The notes beneath the pieces are model-generated. The model was not told the DNA's origin, made no database searches, and saw only the letters and a list, made by a program, of their open reading frames with translations. Both the position numbers and the translations under genes were made by a program. This document shows, one piece after another, positions 8,772 through 16,256 of a stretch of 64,000 nucleotides of DNA; the stretch's first letter is position 1, and each line of letters starts with the position of its first letter. This DNA comes from Candidatus Eiseniibacteriota bacterium (GTDB lineage: Bacteria; Eisenbacteria; RBG-16-71-46; CAVPCR01), in NCBI GenBank assembly GCA_963702435.1, contig CAVPCR010000005.1:320001-384000 (forward strand), given 5' to 3'.

Positions 8772-10207
8772 ATGACGACGCCTCTCGAGCCGCACCGCAT
8801 CGAACGGGACTCGCTGGGCGAAGTGCGCGTGCCGGCCGCCGCCTACTACGGCGCCCAGACCCAGCGCGCGGTCGAGAACTTCCCGATTTCCGGCCGCCGC
8901 TTCCCGCCGGCGTTCATCCGCACGCTCGGCCTCGTCAAGTGGGCGGCCGCCCGGGTCAACGCGGAGCTCGGCCTGCTCGACCCGGACATCGGCGCGGCGA
9001 TCGTCGCGGCCGCCGACGAGGTGGTCGCCGGCGAGCTCGCACGCCCAGTTCGTGGTCGACATCTTCCAGACCGGCTCCGGCACGTCGACCAACATGAACG
9101 CCAACGAGGTCATCGCCAACCGCGCGATCGAGCTCCTCGGCGGCGCGCGCGGCACAGCGCCGATCCACCCGAACGACCACGTGAACCTCGGCCAGTCGTC
9201 GAACGACGTGATTCCCGACCGCGATCCACGTGTCCGCGCTCGCGGCGATCGCGCCGAGCTCCGGCCCGGCGCTCGCCGGCCTCGCCGCCGCGCTCGCCGC
9301 GAAGAGCCTGGAATTCGCGGACATCGTGAAGATCGGGCGCACGCACCTCCAGGACGCGGCGCCGGTGACGCTCGGGCAGGAGTTCTCCGGCTACGCGAGC
9401 CAGGTCGAGCAGGGGATCGCGCGGCTCGAGCGCGCGGGAGCGCCGCTCAGCGAGCTCGCGCTGGGCGGCACGCGCCGTCGGCACCGGCCTCAACGCGCAT
9501 CCCGAGTTCGCGCGCCGCGCGATCGGCGCATCTCGCCGCGCGCACCGGCCTCCGCCTCCGCGAGGCGAAGAACCACTTCGCGGCGCAGGCCGCCTGCGAC
9601 GCCGCGGTCGAGGCCTCCGGCGCGCTCAGGACCATGGCCGTCGCCCTCATGAAGATCGCCGACGACATCCGCTGGCTCGGCTCCGGCCCCCGGCTGCGGG
9701 CTGGGCGAGCTCATCCTCCCGGCCGTGCAGCCCGGCTCGTCGATCATGCCCGGGAAGGTGAATCCGGTCATCGCCGAGTCAGCGATCATGGCCGCCTGCC
9801 AGGTCATCGCCAACGACCTTGCGGTCACCCTCGGCGGCATGGGCGGGCAGTTCGAGCTCAACACCATGCTGCCGCTCGTCGCCTGGAATCTCCTCGAGTC
9901 GATCGACCTGCTCGCGGCGTCGGCGCGCAACGTCGATGTGCGGCTCGTGGGCGGCCTCGGCGCCGACCGCGAGCGCATCGCGCGGATGATCGAGGACTCG
10001 CTCGCGCTGGCGACCGCGCTCGCACCCGCCCTCGGCTACGACGCGGCGGCGGCGATCGCCAGGGAAGCCGCGGCCGGCGGACGCACCGTGCGCGAGGTGG
10101 CGGCGGCGAAGGGGGTGCTCGCGGCGGCGGAGATCGATCGGCTCCTCGATGCGCGGGCGATGACGCGAGGCGGCATCCCGGGTAGCCGGGCGGGGACCGC
10201 CGGCTGA
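8772..10207 (+). CDS. fumC: Class II fumarate hydratase, interrupted by ~5 frameshifts (sequencing error or pseudogene)
   Basis: [51 protein letters not shown] and [11 protein letters not shown] spread across frames. Confidence 0.85.
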
Positions 10208-10268
10208 CGGGGCGCGCGGGCTGACGGGGCGCGCCGGCTGACGGGGCGCGCGAGCTGACGGGGCGCGA
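10201..10268. repeat. 17-bp tandem repeat x4
   Basis: (C/G)(G/A)GCTGACGGGGCGCG(C/A) repeated four times, starting over the fumC stop codon. Confidence 0.9.
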
Positions 10269-10312
10269 GCCCGCGAGCCGACTCGCCCGCCGGCGGGATC
10301 CGCGCGCCGGCT

Positions 10313-11869
10313 TCAGGCCGCGGGACAGCGCCCGTAGATCGTCGCGAGGTCCTTGAACCACGCGGCGCGTTCGATGGCGACGTTCTCCCAGCGAAGGCGC
10401 CAGGCCCAGTTGCCGTCGGCCACCGCGGGCACGTTCATGCGCGCCTCGCTGCCGAGGCCGAGCACGTCCTGCATGGGCACGACGGCGAGCCGCGCCACCG
10501 AGCCGTAGGCGAGCCGAACGAGATCGGCCACCACCTCGACGTCGCCGGTGCGATGCCCGAGGTAGCGCCACAGCCGCTCGCGCTCCTCCACGCCGATCGA
10601 CGCGAACCACCCGCGCGTGGTGTCGTTGTCGTGCGTGCCGGTGTAGACCACGGCGTCCGGCTCGTGGTTGTGCGGGAGGAAGGGATCGTGCGGATCGCCG
10701 CTGAAGGCGAACTGCAGCACCTTCATGCCGGGGAAGCCGGCCGCCTTGCGCAACGCGTGCACTGCGGGCGTGATCACGCCGAGGTCTTCCGCGACGATCG
10801 GCAGCGGCCCGAGGGCGCGCGCGACGCGAGCGAGGAAATCGAGGCCGGGGCCCGGCACCCAGTCCCCGCGTTCCGCGGTGGTCTCCCCGGCCGGCACCTG
10901 CCACGACGACTCGAAACCGCGGAAGTGATCGACGCGCGCGAGATCCACGAGCTCGAAGGCGCGACGGAAGCGCTCGATCCACCACGAGTAGCCCTCGGCG
11001 GCAAGCGCATCCCAGCGATAGACCGGATTCCCCCACAGCTGTCCGGTCGGCGAGAAGTAGTCGGGCGGGACGCCGGCGGCGACGAGCGGGCGGCCGCCTG
11101 CATCGAGCCGGAAGAGGCGCTGATGGGCCCACACATCCGCCGAGTCGTCGGCGACGAAGATGGGTATGTCACCGAAGAGCCGCACGCCGCTGGCATGGGC
11201 GTGCGCGCGGAGGCGCTCCCACTGCCGCGCGAACTGGTACTGGAGGAAGGCGTGATAAGCGATCTCGTCCGCGAGGCGCGTGCGCTCGGCGGCGAGCGCC
11301 GCCGCCTCGCGGCGGGCGAGCGGCGCCGGCCAGTCCTGCCAGGCTCCGGCGTGCTCGCTCCGGAGCGCCATGAACAACGCGAAGTCCGGCAGCCATGCGG
11401 CGTTCGCCAGGACGAAGCGATCGAACTCGGCGCGGCGGCCCTGGCTGAGAAAGGTGCGGAAGGCGGCGCGGAAGAGCCCGTCCTTCCAGACCGCGACCGC
11501 CGCGAAGTCGACGCGGTCCGCGGGAAACACGGGAGGGTGCTCCACCTCCGCCGCCGCGAGCAGGCCCTCGGCGACGAGGAGCTCCGGCGAGATGAGGAGG
11601 GGATTCCCGGCGAAAGCCGATCGCGCCGAGTAAGGCGAGTGGCCGCACCCGGCGGGGCCGAGCGGCAGCAACTGCCACACCGACTGCCCGGCCGCGACCA
11701 GGAAGTCGACGAAGCCGTGCGCATCGGGTCCGAGATCGCCGATGCCGAACGGCCCCGGCAGGGACGTGGGGTGGAGGAGAACACCGGCCCGGCGCTCCTG
11801 CATCACGGCGGATGCCGGCGCGGGCCGGTTCGCGGCGGCAGCTCTGTCCTCATGCTTGTCGGGTGTCAT
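10313..11869 (-). CDS. malQ: 4-alpha-glucanotransferase (amylomaltase, GH77)
   Basis: GVLLHPTSLP, GVPPDYFSPTGQLWGNP, RVDHFRG, AEDLG and YTGTHDNDT motifs. Confidence 0.95.
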   Translation of the reverse strand: MTPDKHEDRAAAANRPAPASAVMQERRAGVLLHPTSLPGPFGIGDLGPDAHGFVDFLVAAGQSVWQLLPLGPAGCGHSPYSARSAFAGNPLLISPELLVAEGLLAAAEVEHPPVFPADRVDFAAVAVWKDGLFRAAFRTFLSQGRRAEFDRFVLANAAWLPDFALFMALRSEHAGAWQDWPAPLARREAAALAAERTRLADEIAYHAFLQYQFARQWERLRAHAHASGVRLFGDIPIFVADDSADVWAHQRLFRLDAGGRPLVAAGVPPDYFSPTGQLWGNPVYRWDALAAEGYSWWIERFRRAFELVDLARVDHFRGFESSWQVPAGETTAERGDWVPGPGLDFLARVARALGPLPIVAEDLGVITPAVHALRKAAGFPGMKVLQFAFSGDPHDPFLPHNHEPDAVVYTGTHDNDTTRGWFASIGVEERERLWRYLGHRTGDVEVVADLVRLAYGSVARLAVVPMQDVLGLGSEARMNVPAVADGNWAWRLRWENVAIERAAWFKDLATIYGRCPAA

Positions 11870-11946
11870 CGGCGCGGCGAGTCTAGTCGCTCGTGCCGGG
11901 CAAGTCGAGCGGACTCATGCCGCGGTGCCGAGCGCGCGACCCCACG

Positions 11947-12852
11947 TCAGGGCCGGCGGCCGAGAACATGCACCAGGGCCGGCTCGAGCTCGGCATGGAG
12001 GAAGCGGTACCCGGAGGAGAGCAATCGAGCCGGCACGACGTGCTGACTCGCAAGCAGCGCCTCCTCGGCGAGCTCGCCATACACGAGGCGCAGCACCGCA
12101 GCCGGCACGGGCAGGAGCGCCGGGCGGCCGAGCACGCGGGCCAGGATGCGCGTGAACTCGGCATTGCTCACCGCCCCGGGCGCGACCGTGTTGATCGGTC
12201 CGGCGAGCCCGGCGGTCGCGATCGCATGGAGGACGACAGCCACCACATCATCGAGACCGATCCAGCTCATCACCTGCCGCCCGTTCCCGATCACCCCGCC
12301 GGCGCCGAGCCGGAACAAGGGCAGCAGCCTGGCGAGCGCGCCGCCGTCTCTCGACAGGACGATCCCGAAACGGAGATGGACGACGCGCACGCCGGCCGCG
12401 GCGAGCGGCGCGGCCGCCGCCTCCCAGTCGCGGCCCAGATCGGCCAGGAAGCCGCGTCCCGGCGCGCTCTCCTCATCGAGGATCTCGTCGCCGCGGTCGC
12501 CGTAGATGCCGACGGCGGATGCAGCGATGAAGACCGGCGGCGGCCGGTCGAGGCGCGCGAGCGACGACGCCAGGCCGCTCGTGCCCTCGACGCGGCTCCG
12601 GCGGATCTCCGCCTTGCGCTCGCGCGTCCAGCGACCCGCAGCGATGCTCTCGCCGGCGAGATGCACGACGGCGTCGAGGCCCGCGAGCGGTGCCGGGTCC
12701 TCGATGCCGCGCTCGACGCTCCAGCGCACGGAGGGGCCGGGACCGGTATCGCCGCCGCGCACGATGCGCATCACGCGATGACCGCCGGCGGTGAGAACCC
12801 GGACGAGAGCCGAGCCGACGAGCCCGCGCGAACCGGTGATGGCGACCTGCAT
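11947..12852 (-). CDS. TIGR01777-family NAD-dependent epimerase/oxidoreductase
   Basis: MQVAITGSRGLVG, VVHLAGESI, SAVGIYG, LRFGIVL and SWIGLDD motifs; ATG overlaps the upstream TGA. Confidence 0.9.
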   Translation of the reverse strand: MQVAITGSRGLVGSALVRVLTAGGHRVMRIVRGGDTGPGPSVRWSVERGIEDPAPLAGLDAVVHLAGESIAAGRWTRERKAEIRRSRVEGTSGLASSLARLDRPPPVFIAASAVGIYGDRGDEILDEESAPGRGFLADLGRDWEAAAAPLAAAGVRVVHLRFGIVLSRDGGALARLLPLFRLGAGGVIGNGRQVMSWIGLDDVVAVVLHAIATAGLAGPINTVAPGAVSNAEFTRILARVLGRPALLPVPAAVLRLVYGELAEEALLASQHVVPARLLSSGYRFLHAELEPALVHVLGRRP

Positions 12853-13895
12853 CAGGGAGACTCCGCCCGTGCCGGCCCCGGTTGAACGGAGGCCGCGCGT
12901 GCCCATTCGAACGAAGCTCCGAGATCCGTGAACACGAGCACGCCGCGGCTCGGCGCGGCCGGCGCGCCCGCGCCGCCGACGAGGAGCGCCGTCCGCCGCG
13001 GCAGGAGCCGGCGCACGCGGGCGAGCATGGCGTTCGTCGCCGGCCCGGCGGTGGCCGCCGACACGCTCAGGCCGAGAGCCTGCGCATCAGCCTCGCGCAC
13101 CATGCCCACCGCCTCCGCCACCGGCACCTCGGGCCCCAGGTAGACGAGGCGGCAGCCGCCGAGGGCGAGCGCGAGCGCGCTCATCTGCAGCCCGAGTCCA
13201 TGGGCCTCTCCGGGCAGCGTTGCGAGCACGACCGCGCGGCCGCGGGCGCGGTCCTCGAAAGGGAGCCGCATGGCGCGGAGCAGATCGCCGACGCGCTCGC
13301 TCAGGAAATGCTCGTGGCGGATCTCGAGCTCGCGGCGCGCCCATCTCTCGCCGACGGCCTCGAGGAGCGGCGCGATGCGACGCCGGAGGAACTCGAGCGG
13401 GCCGAGCTCGACCCAGGCCCGCTCGAACTGGCGCGTGAGGCCGGCGGCGTCGAAGGCGGTGACGGCGGCGAGCGATCGGGCGAGCGCCTCGTGGTCACCG
13501 GCCTCGAGACGACCATCGAGACGGCCATCGAGACGGCTCTCGCTGGCTGCGATCGCTGCCGGCGGCCCTCCCACGCCGGGGCGGCGTCCGGTCTGAGCGG
13601 CCAGCGGTGTAGCCAGGAGCTGGTCGAGCACGTCGTCGGCCGCGGCCACGACCTGGGCGGCGCGATGGCCGCGCCGGAGCGCCGCGGCGACGCGGAGGAG
13701 GCGCGGCACGGTGGACAGCGGATAGAGGCGGTGACCCGACTCCTTGCGTTCGGGATGCGGGAAGCCGTAGCGGTGCTCCCACGTGCGCAGCGTCTCGACC
13801 GGAATCCCCGTCGCGCGCGACAGCGCTCCGATCGTGATCCTCCCGCCGTGCTCGCTCTGCTCTTCCCCTGTCCGCTCGCCCGCCATGCCGACCAT
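12852..13895 (-). CDS. MerR-family cobalamin-binding regulator (CarH/LitR-like)
   Basis: MerR HTH (TLRTWEHRYG, SGHRLY), W-x9-EH (RWARRELEIRHEH) and B12-binding EAHGLG...SV...VGG. Confidence 0.9.
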   Translation of the reverse strand: MVGMAGERTGEEQSEHGGRITIGALSRATGIPVETLRTWEHRYGFPHPERKESGHRLYPLSTVPRLLRVAAALRRGHRAAQVVAAADDVLDQLLATPLAAQTGRRPGVGGPPAAIAASESRLDGRLDGRLEAGDHEALARSLAAVTAFDAAGLTRQFERAWVELGPLEFLRRRIAPLLEAVGERWARRELEIRHEHFLSERVGDLLRAMRLPFEDRARGRAVVLATLPGEAHGLGLQMSALALALGGCRLVYLGPEVPVAEAVGMVREADAQALGLSVSAATAGPATNAMLARVRRLLPRRTALLVGGAGAPAAPSRGVLVFTDLGASFEWARAASVQPGPARAESP

Positions 13896-14094
13896 GGATC
13901 AGTCCCGCAGATAGCGTGAGTCCGTCACTTCCGCCCGGAACCCGCAGTGTACGTCAAATGCGGCCGCCGCACCGTGCCGGCCGCCGGAAACGATCGGGCG
14001 CCGGGGAGGAGAGGATGAGAGCCGCCTTCATCCGCTACCTTACCCGGCGCCACGAAAGATCGGGGAAGCGAGCTCGCGCCTCCCACCGTGCAGA

Positions 14095-14673
14095 TTACTG
14101 GGCGGCCGCGCTCGTCTTCACCTCGGGCACGAGCACCTGGTCGATCACGTGGATGACGCCGTTCGAGGCCATCACATCAGCCTTCAGCACCTTGGCGCCG
14201 TTCACGGTGACACCATCCTTGGTCGCGATCTTCAATTCCTGGCCCTCGAGCGTCTTCGCCTTGGAGAGCTTGGACACGTCCGCCGCGGTCACCTTGCCCG
14301 CCACGACGTGGTACTTGAGGATCTCCGCGAGCTTCGCCTTGTCCTTGAGCAACGACTCGACCGTGCCTGCCGGGAGCTTCGCGAAAGCCTCATCGGTCGG
14401 GGCGAAGACCGTGAACGGTCCCTGGCCCTTGAGCGCATCGGTGAGGCCCGCCGCCGAGATCGCGGCCACGAGCGTCTTGAAGCTGCCAGCCGCAGTGGCC
14501 GTGGCCACGATGTCGGCGCCGGCCTTGGCCGGGGCAGCTGCGGTCTCCGCGCTCGTGGTCTGCACCGACGTCTTCTCGGTGCCCTGAGTCGCGCAATGAT
14601 CGGCGAAAGCCGCGGGCGCGGCCATGAGGCTGGCGAGCGCCATGCTCGTTCCGAATCGCATCCATCGCTTCAT
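14095..14673 (-). CDS. Secreted fasciclin (FAS1) domain protein
   Basis: Signal peptide; [18 protein letters not shown] and [11 protein letters not shown] motifs; AAGGAG RBS. Confidence 0.95.
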   Translation of the reverse strand: MKRWMRFGTSMALASLMAAPAAFADHCATQGTEKTSVQTTSAETAAAPAKAGADIVATATAAGSFKTLVAAISAAGLTDALKGQGPFTVFAPTDEAFAKLPAGTVESLLKDKAKLAEILKYHVVAGKVTAADVSKLSKAKTLEGQELKIATKDGVTVNGAKVLKADVMASNGVIHVIDQVLVPEVKTSAAAQ

Positions 14674-14940
14674 GATCGATCTCCTTCCATCCGGATGATG
14701 ACCGGGTACCTGATTGCAAGCCGCCCGGACAGGCCGTCCGGAAGGCGGTCGGTTTCACGTCCCTGCGCGCTGTTACCCAGGATGGTCCGCCCCGGCGCCC
14801 CCCATATGACCAGAGCGGACCGCCTTCCCTGGGTAACTCGAATCGCGGCGGCCGCGACGCGGGCTTCGGGATGAGGCTGCGACCAGTTCCGTCTTTCCGT
14901 CCCGCTTGCTCCCGCTCGTCTGCCGGCCACTTACAACCCT

Positions 14941-14968
14941 ATAGACCCGCCGGCGACGAGCAGGATTC
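14941..14968 (-). promoter_or_regulatory. Putative ECF-type promoter for the fasciclin gene
   Basis: GAATCC-16 nt-GTCTAT on the minus strand. Confidence 0.35.
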
Positions 14969-14974
14969 GGCAAG

Positions 14975-14996
14975 GAAGTGAACAATATGTGAACAG
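14975..14996. promoter_or_regulatory. CarH-type operator (tandem 11-bp direct repeats)
   Basis: GAAGTGAACAA and TATGTGAACAG both fit the nAnnTnnACAn CarH repeat consensus. Confidence 0.55.
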
Positions 14997-15016
14997 ATTG
15001 TTTCCGAGAACCCGGA

Positions 15017-15044
15017 GCTATCATTATGATATCATCTTGATAGC
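15017..15044. promoter_or_regulatory. Palindromic operator upstream of the SPFH-RHH operon
   Basis: GCTATCATTATGATATCATCTTGATAGC; 24 of 28 positions self-complementary. Confidence 0.65.
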
Positions 15045-15106
15045 ACACAGGCGCGCGACGCCGGCGGCATCGAGCCCGGCCGCGCCTGGTGGAAGGAGGA
15101 GTTCCC

Positions 15107-15973
15107 TTGAGTCAGGAACGCGTCATCCGGGCCCAATCGGGCTGGCTCGTCCTCATCGTCAACATCGTGCTGTATCTCGTCTCCGTTCTCACGATCGTCG
15201 AGAGCGCACGCCAGGATCGGCCGGCGGGTCTCATCCCCGCCTTCATCCTGCTCGGGCTCGCCGTGCTCGCCACGATCGGTTTCTTCATCGTCAACCCGAA
15301 CCAGGCGGCGGTGCTGCTCCTCTTCGGCAAGTACCAGGGCTCGGTCAAGACGAACGGCTTCTTCTGGGCCAACCCCTTCATGAGGAAGATCAGGATCTCG
15401 CTCCGCGTGCGCAATCACGAGAGCGCGAAGCTCAAGGTGAACGACAAGGCCGGCAATCCGATCGAGATCGCGGCGGTGATCGTCTGGCGGGTCGTCGACA
15501 CCTTCGAGGCCGAGTTCGAGGTGGACAACTACCTCGAGTACGTCAAGGTGCAGAGCGAATCCGCCCTCCGCCACCTGGCGAGCTCCTACGCCTACGACGG
15601 CGAGGAGCGCGATGTCACGCTCCGCGGCGCCACCGACGAGGTGAGCCACCGCCTCCAGGCCGAGCTCCAGGAGCGTCTCACCCGCGCCGGGGTCGAGGTG
15701 ATCGAGGCCCGGCTGAGCCACCTCGCCTATGCACCGGAGATCGCCGGCGCCATGCTGCAGCGGCAGCAGGCGAGCGCCGTCGTCGCGGCGCGCACCAAGA
15801 TCGTCGAGGGCGCGGTGGGCATGGTCGAGCTGGCGCTCGCCGAGCTCGCCAGGATGCAGGTCGTGCATCTCGACGAGGAGCGGAAGGCGGCGATGGTCTC
15901 GAACCTGCTCGTCGTCCTCTGCAGCGACCACCACACCGTGCCCGTCGTCAACGCCGGCACCCTCTATCCGTAG
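15107..15973 (+). CDS. SPFH (band 7) domain membrane protein
   Basis: Two TM helices; [27 protein letters not shown] and LAYAPEIA motifs; TTG start after AGGAGG. Confidence 0.92.
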   Translation: MSQERVIRAQSGWLVLIVNIVLYLVSVLTIVESARQDRPAGLIPAFILLGLAVLATIGFFIVNPNQAAVLLLFGKYQGSVKTNGFFWANPFMRKIRISLRVRNHESAKLKVNDKAGNPIEIAAVIVWRVVDTFEAEFEVDNYLEYVKVQSESALRHLASSYAYDGEERDVTLRGATDEVSHRLQAELQERLTRAGVEVIEARLSHLAYAPEIAGAMLQRQQASAVVAARTKIVEGAVGMVELALAELARMQVVHLDEERKAAMVSNLLVVLCSDHHTVPVVNAGTLYP

Positions 15974-16020
15974 GTCGCGATCGTGACCTCGAGCATGAGA
16001 TCGCCGGATCGGAGCGCGCC

Positions 16021-16242
16021 ATGAGCGCGGATCCCGCCGCGGGCCCCCGGAAGGCGTTCCCGCTCCGGCTCGATCCCCGGCTCTACGCGGAGCTCCACCG
16101 CTGGGCGGACGCGGATCTCCGCAGCGTGAACGGGCAGATCGAGTTCCTCCTGCGGCGCGCGGTCGCCGAGCGCCTGCGGAGCCGGGGCGCGGCGGGCGAA
16201 GCGGACGGCGAGCCGAAACGCCGGGACGAGCCCGGGGACTAA
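16021..16242 (+). CDS. Arc-like ribbon-helix-helix DNA-binding protein
   Basis: RKAFPLRLDPRLYAELHRWADADLRSVNGQIEFLLRRAV. Confidence 0.85.
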   Translation: MSADPAAGPRKAFPLRLDPRLYAELHRWADADLRSVNGQIEFLLRRAVAERLRSRGAAGEADGEPKRRDEPGD

Positions 16243-16256
16243 AGGCGCCGCTCCGT

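Noticed and set aside
10201..10268. Possible CRISPR array
   Set aside because: 17-bp units are directly adjacent with no spacers, and there are no cas genes.
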